Part shown: piece by piece, positions 38,921 to 51,630 of the stretch
Numbering within the stretch: position 1 is the stretch's first letter
Layout: each line of letters opens with the position of its first letter
Assembly: GCA_030264375.1 (NCBI GenBank)
Contig: JASCQW010000081.1
Coordinates: 88,575,191 to 88,639,190 of the forward strand
Reading direction: 5' to 3'
Length of the DNA: 64,000 nt
Source of the DNA: Carcharhinus longimanus
Lineage: Eukaryota
Position numbers and translations under genes: made by a program
Notes under the pieces: model-generated
The model's database searches: none
Told to the model about the DNA's origin: nothing
Seen by the model: only the letters and a program-made list of their open reading frames with translations

Positions 38921-39300
38921 GAATATGTACATCCCAAGAATATATTTTTAAATTAGATTGTCTACATTAGATGGAACACTCAACAGAGCTCAAAGCATTT
39001 CCTCCGATATTCGAGAGCCATATTAACACACAACTCCCAAAATGAAAGGGTTGAGTCTTGGCTTGCTTGTCCCACCATTTCTTCATGGCCATTTTGAATG
39101 TTTTATGGCATTGCAGAGGGGCAATGCAGGCAATTGTGAGCCTCTCCTACAATCTAGATCAAAATTCTACAAGGGGATATTTGTCCTGAGGTTCTAAACT
39201 GATTGAATAGATTCAGAACAGCTCTCATGTGCATTGACATGCAAAAAAAATAAACCCCCAGGCATAGGTGCATCCCAAGTGGCAAACAAATAAAATCCTA

Positions 39301-39598
39301 GTGGCATGTTGGCAAGTCTTTAGCACTGCTGCCTCACAACACCAGAGACTCAGGTTCAATCCCAGCCTTTGGTGACTGTGTGGAGTTTGCAAATTTTCCC
39401 TGACTGCCAGCGCTTCCTCCAGGTACTCCCGTTTCCTCCCACATTCCAACAACACACAGGTTATATGTGTTAGCTTTGGAAAATGCAAGGGATGAAGCAG
39501 ATGGGAGGAGGGGGCTGTGTGGGGTGTGTTTTTGGAGCGCTGGTGCTGACTCAATGGGCCAAATAGCCTCGCTCTGCACTGGAGGGATTCTCTAGTTC
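39301..39598 (+). mobile_element. HE1-type V-SINE nested in the Gypsy relic
   Basis: TTAGCACTGCTGCCTCAC head, V-domain and GCACTGGAGGGATTCT tail. Confidence 0.8.
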
Positions 39599-40114
39599 TG
39601 CGGTTGACAGTATGCCCTAGTCATTGTTTTAAGAGCCTGTTGTTATCATTCCACTTCTCCATGAGTGTGTGGGTGGTATGCTGAGGACTTCAATTGCTTT
39701 AGATCTAAACCATTAATTCCCTGGGAAATGTCAGACATGAAGTTGGAACATTGATCCGGCTTGGGTAATACATAACGAGTAAAGAATTGGATCAACTTCT
39801 GCCAAAAAGTCTCAGTGTTCTCATCCCACAATCTAACTAACTTTGCTTTGCTTTTCAAATTTGATATAAGCTCCACCCAGGCTACTTGCAGAGACTGCAA
39901 ATTAACAGTGATTATCACAAATTGCCTTTTTTTTTGCCATCACACAATCCATCGATTCAGAAAACAAGGCCAATATTGAGATCAGCCATCAATCTGCTTT
40001 GGATAAGTAATGTTCAGTTTACATTCCACCAGCCTAATAACCACCTTTCCAAAAGAAATGCAAAATATCTCTGTGTCCCTTTCCTCAAAATTAGGGGGGG
40101 CTTGCACTAATGTA

Positions 40115-40457
40115 GGGCAGCAGGGTGGAATAGCATTCAGCACTGTCATCTGACAGCTCGAGGGACCTGGGTTCGACTCTCAGATTGGGTCACTGTCTGT
40201 GTGGAGTTTGCACATTTTTCCCGTGTCTGCGTGGGCTTCCTCTGGATGCTTTGGTTTCCTCCCACAGTCCGACACGTGTGAATTGCATGAATTGGTAATG
40301 CAAAATTGCCCATCGTGTCCTGGGATGTTTCGCTTAGAGGGATTAACGGGGAAAATATGTGGGGTTACGGGGATAGGACCTGGGGGTGGGATTGTTGGTG
40401 CAGACTCGATGGGCTGAATGGCCTCCTTCTGCACTGTAGGAATTCTATGATTCTATG
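40115..40457 (+). mobile_element. HE1-type V-SINE
   Basis: GGGACCTGGGTTCGA B-box, V-domain and GGGCTGAATGGCCTCCTTCTGCACTGTAGGAATTCTATGATTCTATG tail. Confidence 0.88.
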
Positions 40458-40619
40458 TAACAGTTGCCCGCTTGTTCTCAGGTTAAAATCAGGATTCTCC
40501 CCATCAATATTTGTACTGCAGTCAAGATCATCCTTTTGTTTTGTTTCCAGCTGTCTAAGTTAATGGTCACTTATTTCTTTACTGAAATGGCTGAATTCCA
40601 AAGAAGACGAGAATAACAG

Positions 40620-41010
40620 AAGATTTTGCCATTTACGTTCAACCAACTCTCCCACACGGATGGGATGGGCTTCGAAGTGGGGATGAGTGAGAGTGTGAAT
40701 GCATCATCAATACTGAGGAGGCTTCAACAACTCGAAGGAGGGCATTGGTTTAAGTTGAAGAGTGAAAAGAATTGGAAGTTGAAATCTAATTCACATAAAT
40801 GTGTAGCGGACTATTTGGAATCACGAGCTTTTGGGGTACTGCTCCTTGATCACTGACCTGAAGAAAGAGCAGTGCTCCAAAAGCTCATTATTTCAAATAA
40901 ACTGTTGGGCTTTAACCTGGTGTTGTGAGGCTTCTTAATGTGACAGCCCCAGTTCAACACTGATATCTTCACATCGTAGAATATTTTGACAGGAAGAATA
41001 GAGAGCACAC
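40620..41010. repeat. Duplicated block (paralog of 43610-43980) containing an inverted PLE-type pair
   Basis: Both copies start TTTAYGTTCAACCAACT and end AATATTTTGACAGGAAGAATAG. Confidence 0.8.
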
Positions 41011-43829
41011 TTATTACTCAATAAAGGATTTCAGTAGCTCTGGACACTACTTTGCCGTGTCTGCACTCCTGTTGAATTGTGATCGCTTTTTTGTTGTCTA
41101 AGATCCACTTATCCTTTTGACCCATTTGTAGTTTGATACACAATAAAATCTTCTCTGCCATCCTGACATCCACTGACAGGATAGGCAATGAAATGGCACA
41201 ATGGTCTTGTCACTGGAGGTTAATCAGGAGATCCCTTGCAAAGCTGTGGTAAGCACGGTTCGAATCCCACCATGGCAGATGGTGAATTGGAAATTCAATT
41301 TCAAAATATCGAATTAAACATCTCATGGTATCCATGAGTCAATCGAAAATTCGGGGTCACAAGTGCCATTTAGGGAAGGGAATCTATCATCCTCACCTGA
41401 TGTGACCCATATGTGACTCTAGACCCAAAGCAATGAAGTTGACTCTTCCCTGATTTGGGTGTACAACTGATTGGCTTGTCCTTGTCTCGTTCTGTGGGAT
41501 GTTACTGGTGCCAGATTTGTATTAAAGATTATTAAAGAAGATTCCACCGAGGTTGGAATTGGATACCTGACAACATCTCAAAACCCATTTCACACTTTCT
41601 ATCTCAATACCTTAATTCATCCGTGAAGGATTTCTCCAACTCCCTAACCTTTATACTTCAAGTCTGAGTCTGAGCTCTCAGGGACCTGGATAATCGAAGA
41701 AGCTAATTGTTCACCAGGGCACTCCCTCACTCTCAGTCTCTGCACTGTTGAATTATTCATCCTATCTCAAAACTACACTCCACACTAAGCAGTGCTCTCA
41801 AGAAGAACTTTCCAAGCAACATGAGGGTCAGCCTTCCTTTGTGTAGTCACGGGTTGTTTCATCCAGTGAAAAGGCCTCAGTTTGATCAAATCTTTGGCAG
41901 ACACCCTTGGGCTACATTTGGGCAATAGCAGAATACACTGTGACAGAATGAACAAGAATATAAAAACAGATCGCTATGTGATTGCAACAGAGAACAGGGT
42001 CCAACAGCGGTGGGCAGTGATGGGATTGACACAGTTCTCCCTACCCCTTGCTCCTGGAGAAGGATGATCCCAATNNNNNNNNNNNNNNNNNNNNNNNNNN
42101 NNNNNNNNNNNNNNNNNNNNNNNNNNNNNNNNNNNNNNNNNNNNNNNNNNNNNNNNNNNNNNNNNNNNNNNNNNATTCCAATATATTTACAAAATCAAGA
42201 TTGCTTTTATTAGGTTTGGAACACTATAGAGCTAGACCCTCCAGGTCATCAATGGTGCCAGAAAGCATAGATCAGGACCAAACCCAGTTCCAACTATTCC
42301 GCGTATGCTTCGACCAAGCCATTTTGTCAAGTGATTGTTTGAGACCTGGTTGATTAACCAGTTCTTTAAGCTCTGCCATGGACATGATGGTTGTAGGCAC
42401 TTGACTAAACCCATAAGCAGATGGGACTTCATCATGGGACAAAAGAAGAGTGGTAATTACTGACAACATTCAGACTGACCCAGGGAGCATAAAATGAAGT
42501 CAATGGCATGAGGGGCTATATAACCTTACAGAACATAAAGGGGGCAGAAATCCTAGGAAGCGTGACAACTGTTCAATGAAGGACACCAAAGAAGGTCATT
42601 AGTTTTGGCTCAGTATTTCTCATTAGCCAGACTGCATGACTAAGGCTACCTACTGGGGTGACATCAAAGAGTTTCCAGTGGGAACAATTTAAAATCATCC
42701 AAACCGCAAATATTAATGAGCTTTTATACAGACCTCATTATTCATTAGGTCATTGACAATTTATTAAACACGTTAATTATGTATTTCTATTCTTTTGAGG
42801 AATATGCGCATTGATGGCTGGACAAGAATTATTTGTCATTCTCTAATTTCTCCTGAACTGCGGGCATTTCGGAAGGCATATTAAGAGTCAAGAGCATTTC
42901 TGGGGATCTGAAGACACAGATAGGCCAGATCAGGTAAGCATGGTAGACGTTTCTCCCAAAATGAGATTCTTTTTTCCAAAATGTACCTGGACTAACACTG
43001 CGGTACATTTCTTCTGGGGTCTTCCCATGCTGGCTTTCACTCAAATAGCACCAGAGTGGAGTAGAGTTGGAGAAAGTTAGGAGACATCCAACTTTTTGTT
43101 ACACTAGCTGCCATATGTTGAGTTTCAATACCCTGTCTTAATATTGGTGAAAGGATGAGTAAATGGGTGAGTGAGTAGATGAATAGATGTGTGAGTGAAT
43201 GAGCGAGGGACTAGATGGATAGGTGAGTTGGCCAGATGGTTCGACAGTCTAGCCATACTTTCATTTTGTTTCTAAAAACATAAGTTTTTTAATTAAAACA
43301 TCTAGATTGTCTCCATCGCTGATATGAACACTTCCTCCTGGCTGGGTTAAGGAGACACTGTGATCCAATTCACATCTGTAGGTAGCCATGTAGTGGAGTG
43401 AGGGTGGGTGATTTGGCCGTTAGTTAGGTGGGTTCGCATTGGTAGTTTGTGTAGGTGGTCGGGTTTGTGAGTGGGGTATTGTGAATGGGAAATTGGATAG
43501 GTGAGCAGTTGTTTATATTAGTCAGGAGATTAATTGGTACTTGGGCGAGGAGGTCTTGTGAGTAGATAGTTGTCCTGAGGGTTGGTTGGGTTGAGGAATA
43601 TGGTTCGTCAGTTTATGTTCAACCAACTTTCCCACACAGATGGGATGGGCTTCCAATGGGAAAGAGTGTTAGGGACAGCGTCACTACTGAGGAAAACTGC
43701 AACAACTTATAGGAGGGCATGCATTTAATGTAAAGAGCAGGAAACATTTCGAAGTTGAAGGCTGACACAAATGTGCAGTAGAATATTTGGAATTACAAGC
43801 TTTCAGAGCGCTGTTCCTTCTTCATTCAC

Positions 43830-43858
43830 CTGATGAAGGAGCAGTGCTCTGAAAGCTT
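43830..43858 (+). ncRNA. Minimal type I hammerhead ribozyme motif of Penelope-type pLTR
   Basis: CTGATGA-A-GGAGC-AGT-GCTCT-GAAA-GCTT: conserved catalytic boxes, 5-bp helix II, palindromic AGCT helix III and CUU cleavage triplet. Activity untested. Confidence 0.6.
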
Positions 43859-45261
43859 GTGATTCCAAATAAACAGTTGGGCTTTAACCTGAAGTGGTGA
43901 GACTTCTTACTGTGACCACCTCATTCCAACATTGACATCTCCACATCAGAGAATATTTTGACAGGAAGAATAGGGAGCTTTTTTCATACTTGGACGTTGC
44001 AAGTTTCTGCGGCTTCAATGTACAAATTGATCTTGGAGAACAAATACATCAAAAGTTGTAGCATCATTTAGCAAGCCCATAAAACAAACAAAGCAAGCAT
44101 GGAAGACAGAACTGAAAAGTAGAGAAGTTATGTTCAGACCATATCCAAGATTGTTTGGACCACGCTTAAAGTGCTAAATAAGACATCTCACAACACAAGG
44201 TTAAAGTCCAACAGGTTTATTTGGAAGCATGATCTTTCTGAACGCTGCCCCTTGAAGGAGGAGTGCTGTTGTGAGACTTCTTACTCTGCTCACCCCAGTC
44301 CAATGCCAGCATCTCCACATCCAGTGTTAAGAGTAGCGAGTACAAAGTGGCAGACTACTGTGAGAAACTCTTGGTGCCATGTGATGAAGAAAATGCCGAG
44401 GGCATGGAGAAGGTGCAGAAAAGATTTCCAGAGATTATTGCTGAAATCCGTGTGTGGATATTAGAAAGATTTTTGACAAGTTGGATCTTTGCTGTCTTGA
44501 TAAAATGGTGAATGATAGCAGTATTTAAAAGAGCAAAATGTTCAAAGATTCTGCTTCCAGTCCCCAAGTGTAACATTGATCACACGATTCATATCAACAA
44601 ATGTTCATCAGAAATCACCCCTATGGTGGTGGGATGTTCAAGGGTAGAATCAGAGCACCCCACACCCCCACCCCCCACCCCCACCATCCGGACAGCAGTC
44701 AAGCAGCGACCACCGTCACTCTTCAACAATCATTGATTTGATTCTCAACTCAGGAAGATAAACACAAATTAATAAAATTAATCATACATTTCCAAGTGGT
44801 TGCAAACGTTTTTTTCTGAACATTGATTTTTTTTTACCTTTTGGATACATTTTCTTGGTGTTCTGTTTGTTGGTCATTGCTGTCTCTCTCCCTCCAGCAT
44901 TGTTGGGGATTATTTGTGTCTGGACATGTCTGGCCCGGTGCTGTGGTGGGCGGCTGGGGACTAGAAGGAGGGATCAGAACTGGAACAGAATTGGATAGAA
45001 TTGAATCTGTGAAAATGGGTGGCTGCTCAGGTAAGCAAGGGTCACTTCCTGCTTGGTTTCCAATGGTAGCCAACATTGTTAACTGTTACCGGGCACTGAG
45101 TAGTGTCAGTAAGAGAGCCCTGAGGGGTGACACTTGCAAGTGGCTAAGCCAGACTGTGTTGTGGTAGGTGGGAGGGGAAGGGGGCTCAGCATATGAAGGT
45201 GGGGACTGATGTGGGAAGGGGGTCCAGGACTTCTTTCATTCAAAATGATTCTTAGCACAAT

Positions 45262-46202
45262 TCAGTTGATTGAAATATGGAGGGGGTTCTTTTTTTTGCT
45301 TTGTTCATTCATAAATTGAATAATTTGTGTAATTGGATATTTCACTAAACTCTTGAACTGCTCCCTGAAATTGGGTTGAATCACCCCATAAATAAATGTG
45401 TTTGTGCAGCAGTTTAATTCCACCAGCATAAATCCAACTTCCTCAAAGATATATAAAGAATCATTATAATATTTGGGATTATTTCTTGTAGTCATATAAT
45501 ATAGGAAGTTTATAACATATATAAGCCACAGAACTATGAAGCTGCCGGATATAGTGAAGAGTAAAAGCATAGACTTCCTTCTGCTCTCCATCTCTGGATC
45601 ACTGTGATTCTCTCTCTTGTTCTGACCCATCAGTCCCTTACGGATTTGACTGGTCACTAAAATGTATCTGACGGTCAGAGCATTGATCAACAGAATTAAA
45701 ATATATGGAAGCAATGGGGTTGAAACCTTATCAAACCAGTCAAATGCCACCCAAGCAGGATCAGTATAATAGCTTGGTTTATCCATACAGAACCAGGGAA
45801 CGTTGCCAATTATCTCTCCAGGTTCGATTGTAAAGTAAAAGGCAATGTATTTTAAACAGATCAGAATGCAGGTTGTTGATAGAATCAAAGTAGCAGTTTT
45901 CTTTGTGCAATATTTTGTTTTCAACTTCTGGCAACAGATGGCCACAAATCGATCAAAGGAGAACATGACAGTAAACCATGTGGAGCAGTTCGCAGCTGCA
46001 AAAATCAGGACAATGATAACACTACAGACAGGAGTGATGTCCAGAAAAGATCCTGGGAAATAAAAAGAACTAATTCGATACAGTAACACCTGAACGAAAA
46101 CAAACAGTAGATCTGCCAATGCCATGGCGAGCAAGTAACGAGTGGTGCAGATGGAGAGGCCACACATTCTCCGGGACAGGACAACAGTTGTCAGTAAATT
46201 GA
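45262..46202 (-). CDS. GPR139-like: GPR139-like class A GPCR gene C, exon 2; 334 aa if spliced to exon 1 at 50290-50353
   Basis: Acceptor CTCTCTTACAG|TC AAT TTA at 46203/46202 and an open frame to TGA. Motifs MALADLL, FSFDRFVAICCQKLK, PWFC, PLLPY and ELNCCTNTFIY. Confidence 0.93.
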
Positions 46203-46649
46203 CTGTAAGAGAGACAATGGAAAAGAAATAAGACGTTATTAACTAAACGTTCTTGGTGTGCGAAGTTATTCAGTGTGTGCATGATTTCACAACCCAAAAG
46301 AAGATTATTTGTCTGTGTGTGAGAGAGTGTGTGCTGTTCAGGGGATAATGATTAAGAAATGGCAATCCCATCTTCAAACTGCAGTCTGGGGATTATAAAG
46401 AGATTGGGTTAGAGAGAAGGAACAACAGTAAGTGTCAGTAAGAGAGCCCTGAGGGGTGACACTCACCAGTGGCCAAGCCAGACTGTATTGGGGTAGGTGG
46501 GGAGGGAAGGGGGCTCAGCATATAAAAGTGGGGACTGCTGTGGNNNNNNNNNNNNNNNNNNNNNNNNNNNNNNNNNNNNNNNNNNNNNNNNNNNNNNNNN
46601 NNNNNNNNNNNNNNNNNNNNNNNNNNNNNNNNNNNNNNNNNNNATCCAA

Positions 46650-49600
46650 TTGGGCAGTTAAGCAAACAATCACCATGATTGGATCTCTTGATGGCCTGGA
46701 GGAATTATTGGATCTATTGAGATCTGCCAATTGCGTTATTAAGTGGTAATTGGAGCCCCATGACTGAATGTCCTCTGGGGTTGTAATGGGATTGTGGTGA
46801 AACTGTGGGCTTTAATGCCATTTCAAGTTTTGTGCGGGCATTGCAATGGAACATCCTGGGAATAATCCCACAGCTCTGGGTTGTGGTGTATTTGGGGAGC
46901 CTGTCCTCAGATCCGTTGCAATTACAACCCCTGCCTCCCACCTAATGGTTTGTAGAAATGGTTGTAACTCGACTGCCAAGGTTGGAACGTATGTCAGGTC
47001 TTGGATCAGAAAACAACCTTTTTCCCTCACTATTCAGGCAAGGTGAAGGCTTGGAAGCAATCATTTGAATGTCAATAGTGAACTTATGCAGTCAGAAATG
47101 ACAGGGAAGGAAAAATGAAATTGATGAACTTCTCAATTCAACGTTAAACAATAGTGAATACATTGAAGGAAGAATCTTAATAATAATTAAATGTTGGTAA
47201 GGGAGGAAATATTTGATAATGAGAAGGTAAAACCTCAGTTGGAGGCTGAAATATCTGTTCATTAATAATAATCAAAATAGGCAATCGTGCCAGTGCTGCC
47301 CTGCTGTGTACCTCCCTGTAAACAGTTACCATCATCTTCTGTTGATGAAGTTCATAATGGAACAGGGCAGTACCAATATAAATAGTCAGCTGGCAGCAGA
47401 GAACTAAACTGTTGTGAAGAATATGAAGTGATGAAGCTTTTGTCTCGTAGATATCAGAGCATAGTCCTGAGGTAGATATTGATGCAAAGGGTCCTGAGGA
47501 GTGCAAAACAAAAACGCTCCATATGTCTCTTCTTTCAGCAATACCAATATATCCCATTTTATGCAACTATTAGAAAATATCACCCAGCAGCAAATATTTC
47601 CTCCATTGCCATCGGTTACATTCATGAAACAGCAGTTTCAGAAGAGAAATCTGCTGGATACAGTCCCGTTGGTGACTCAATCTGTACAATTCCGCAATGA
47701 TAAATACTCCCACTAATGCATGGTCACTGGAGTCAGGAGTTTCATTCCAGTTAGAAACCTGCACTCAGTACACTTCCACAGTTGAAGATACTCCCAGTAA
47801 TATATGGTTACTGGGGTCATGCGTTCCACTCCAGTTAGTCACCCACACAGTTCAGTTCTCTAGAGACACATTTCCCAATAATACATGTACACCAGTGTCA
47901 GTATTCTATTCCAGTTAAGACCCACACTATGAAACAGATACTCCCAGTAATACATGGTTGGGATCAGGCGTTACACTCTAGTTAGTGATGCATATGCAGT
48001 ACAATTTTTCTGTGACAGACACGCCCAGTAATACATGATCATGGGATCATGCATTCCAGAGTAGTTTGTGACCAACATGCAGTACAATTCTACAGTGAAA
48101 GAGACAAACAGTATACTGGCACTGGTGCCCATGTATTACTGGCAATAGTGTTACTGGAGAATTGACCACTGGGGGTCAAGTGGTCCATCTAGGTTAAGAT
48201 CCACACTCAATACAATTCTACAGTGAAAGATACCCCCAGTATTTGCTTCATGTTGTTAGTTCATGGCGCTAATATCTATTCTGTTTTGCAAAGTGAACGA
48301 TAATGAGCAATGGTTGTACTTAATGACCCTTGGGTTTGAACTACTCCAACCCTGGGGTAAGATGCCAATCAGATCCTTTGGAATCACCACTGCTCCAAAC
48401 TTTCCGGCTCCCCCCACCGCATCCCCCCCCCCCCCACCCCCCCCAATCTCCCTCAGCCTCCACAGCAATTGGACAGTTAATTCAATCCACACTGTGACTG
48501 GATCCCTTCATGCCCTGGGGGAATAATTGGATTACCCGAGGTTTGAAAATTACATTATAAAGTGGTAATCTGAGCCCCATGGCTGAGCCTCCTCTGGGGT
48601 TGGAATAAGGTTGGGATGACACTATGAGGTCCAGTACCAACTCAAGGTTTATTAAGATATCCTGACATGTTGGTTTTTCCGGGCATTGCATTGAAACACC
48701 CCGGGAAGAATCCCACACCCCTGGGTTAGTGATACATTTGGGAAGCCTGTCCTCAGGTCCTTCGCAACGTGGGTTTGTGGAGACAGTTGTAACTGGACTG
48801 TCTAGGTCAGAATGCATGCCAGGTCTTGGATCAGCAAACAGCATTTTTGCCCCACTATTCAGGCAGGAGAAGGGTTGGTAATAATCCTTTGAGTGTTGAT
48901 AATGAACTTATGCAGTCAGAGACAGCGGGGAAGGAAAATTGAACATTATGAACTTCACCAATTCAGTGTTCAACAATTGTGAATACCTTGGAGGAAAAAG
49001 TCTTCGTAATAATTAGAGGTTAGTAAGGGAGGAAAGATTTGATAAGGTGATAACAAGAAGGTAAAACCTCCATTGGAGGGTCATTAATAATCATCAGAAT
49101 AGTGAATAGTGCCAGTGCTGCCCTGCTGTGAACCTCTGAGTAAACAGTTACCATGAGATTTTGTCAATGCAGTTCAGGATGAAACAGAGCAGTGCCAATA
49201 AAAATAGTCAGCTGGCAGTACAGAACTAAAATGTTGCTAAAAAAAGTAAGATGATGAAGCCTTTTGTCTTGCAGACATCATGGCTTAGTCCTGATGTTAT
49301 TAATGATGCAAAGTATCTGAGGGGTGCAGCACATAAATACTACACATGTCTCTATCTCAGCAACACCAATGTTTTATACAAGTATAAGAAAATAGCACCC
49401 AACAGTAAAGATTTCCTCCATTGCCAGCGACAACATCTGTGAATCACAGAGACTGGAGAGGTTATTCATTGGATTGGAGAAATCAATCACCTAAAACAGC
49501 AGTTTCAAGAGAGAAACCGGTTAGTTCCATTCAGATGGGTAACCTAGTGAGTAAAATTCCACAATGGCAAATACATCCAGTAGTGCGTGGTCTCTGTCAT

Positions 49601-50110
49601 CAGGAGTTCCATTCGAGTTAGAGATCCGCACTCAGTACAATTCCAGAGTGAAAGATGCTCCCAGTGATACATGGTCAATGGGGTCAGGAGTTCCACTCCA
49701 ATCAGTGACCCACACAGTTCAATTCTCTAGTGACACATTTCCCAGTAATACATGGTCACCAGAGTCAGTATTCCATTCCATTTAAGACCCACAAGCTAAG
49801 ATAGATATTCACAGTAATACAGGGTTGGGATCAGGAGTTATACTCTAGTTAGTGATCCATATGCAGTACATTTCTTCAGTGACAGGCATGCCCTATAGTA
49901 TATAATCACTGGGATCATGTGCTCCTCTCCAGTTAGTGACCCATGCACAGTGAAATTCCACAGTGAATGAGACGCCAAGTAATTCATGATCATTGGGGTC
50001 ACGTACTACATTTCAGTTAAGAACCACCCTCAGTGACAAATGCTCCCAGTATTTGTTAGTTCACGGTGCTAACATCTAAGGTATTGTACAAAGTTTTCCA
50101 CTATGAGCAA
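46650..50110. repeat. Two tandem copies (~46650-48310 and ~48320-50110) of an intronic unit of about 1.7 kb; third copy at about 61780-63500
   Basis: Shared anchors GTGCCAGTGCTGCCCTGCTGTG (47288, 49109, 62524) and TGAACTTATGCAGTCAGA. Each unit ends in a ~81-84-bp tandem array. Confidence 0.88.
47705..48245. repeat. ~81-84-bp degenerate tandem repeat (CCCAGTAATACATGGTCACTGGGGTCAGGAGTTCCATTCCAGTTAG...); sister arrays at 49570-50050 and 62975-63430
   Basis: Unit starts at 47709, 47793 and 47874. Confidence 0.85.
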
Positions 50111-50289
50111 TTACTCTATGTCTCACTTCCAGCTGAAGTAAAATAATAAAACCAGAGGTGTAATTCAGGATACTTAACTAAAATATCATTGATTTTGTGC
50201 TTATATAATGGTGACCACCAAATCAGAGTAAAACAAGAGATGAGCTCATACTCATAGATAAAAAAAAATCAAAGGTCACACTCACTTAC

Positions 50290-50353
50290 CAGGGACACCG
50301 ATGACAGCAAGAATCATGTAGTATATTTTTCTGATCATCTCAAATGTTTCCAT
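50290..50353 (-). CDS. GPR139-like: GPR139-like gene C exon 1 (METFEMIRKIYYMILAVIGVP, phase-1 donor)
   Basis: ATG at 50353 and canonical donor G|GTAAGTGAG at 50289. Same 64-nt length and phase as gene A exon 1. Confidence 0.9.
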
Positions 50354-50380
50354 ACTTTACTGTGATGTGACCTATGCTTT

Positions 50381-50445
50381 GAATTAAACTCTGAGTGATA
50401 CATCCTCAGAACCTTTCATTTATACCCCCATGGAATCCCCGCAGG
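50381..50445 (-). promoter_or_regulatory. Putative TATA promoter of gene C
   Basis: GTATAAAT at 50425-50418, about 65 nt before the ATG, followed by ACTCAGAGTTTAATTC, similar to gene A and relic D. Confidence 0.55.
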
Positions 50446-51359
50446 GAGAAGAGGGTTACATCAATCTACAAGTTGTTTTCATTAATTCTTAAGTAGCAGA
50501 AAAAAAAACAGACTTGGAAAGCAGAGTCAGGCCCCTGTTATTGCAAAATGTGTTTGCTATTGCAATCCCCTTGGAAAATCCTAAAATCCAAACAATTTTG
50601 ATAACACAAACTGGTTAAAGGAAATGGACACAGAAATTTCAAAGCATAAGGTACATGTCTTCAAACTCTATCAGTCTCATATCTAAAATTTATTGTTGTT
50701 TCACTGGTTTCCTTCATCTGATATGTTCATTCAGTCAAAATACTCCAAACTTTAGAATGTCAACTTTAGTCATTCGGTTTCAGCATTTAATAAATACAGT
50801 ACTCGAATACAGGGCTTGAATCTAATGCAGAACTCCAGCTAATATTGCTTCAATTTAACTGTGCGATTCAAACTGATAGGGCAGTTCAAAGTATACAACA
50901 ATCAAAATTACATTGGCCAGTCAAATCAGGACCACCTTTCAATGAATACAAACTGGGACATAACCTTAATCTGGTATATACTCGAGTATATTACTCTGGT
51001 AAGTTCCGCACACATGAGGATGGTCTCAACAGGGATCTTGGGTTCATGTCACACTATCTGTAACCCCCGCGACTTGCCTGGGTTTGCAAAACCTCACTTA
51101 CTGTACTGTCTGGAGACAATACACACCTCTTTAACCTGTGATCAGTGCTCCTTCCACACACATTGTCAGCCACTTTAGGACTNNNNNNNNNNNNNNNNNN
51201 NNNNNNNNNNNNNNNNNNNNNNNNNNNNNNNNNNNNNNNNNNNNNNNNNNNNNNNNNNNNNNNNNNNNNNNNNNNNNNNNNNTCGGTTGGACTGAAACCT
51301 GGTGTTGTCAGACTTTTTACTGTGTTTACCCCAGTCCAATGCCGGCATATCCATATCAT

Positions 51360-51630
51360 CACATATACTCTCAAACCAACACAGATCCTCAATCTGAAAC
51401 AGTCCCTCAAACAAAGAGAGACCCTCAAACAACTGCAGACCCTCAAATGCTATAGTCCTTAAAACTAATAAAGAAAATCAAATGAATAAAGACTCTGAAA
51501 CCAAAATAGTCTCTCAAACTAATGCAGTACCTCAAAGTAATATAGACGTTCAGCAATTGCAGATGCTGAAACTAATGCAATCCCTTAAACTAACACACAC
51601 CCACAAATTAACAAAACCACTAAAACTAAT
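51360..51630. repeat. 19-bp degenerate minisatellite (CTCAAACTAATGCAGTCCC); reverse complement of the array at 60390-60880
   Basis: Repeated CTCAAAC/CTAATGCAG units. Confidence 0.75.

Larger units (their letters stand above)
37290..40110 (-). mobile_element. Degraded Gypsy-group LTR retrotransposon with integrase upstream of RT (Gmr1-like), interrupted by CR1/SINE/PLE fragments
   Basis: Integrase core KLIQFFTRYVLPK..DQCSNFMS...SSAYHPHTHG (39646-39918) lies 5' of RT MNPKKK..IESSQSSWISPVVFVLKQDG..IGYRRV (37889-38086) and ILIYNDTWKDHL (37305-37544) on the minus strand. Confidence 0.8.

Noticed and set aside
47705-48245. Possible common origin of the ~82-bp repeat and the reverse 43-bp satellite (shared CCCAGTAAT..T..GTC.CTGGG)
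   Set aside because: The similarity covers only about 20 bp, too short to support homology.
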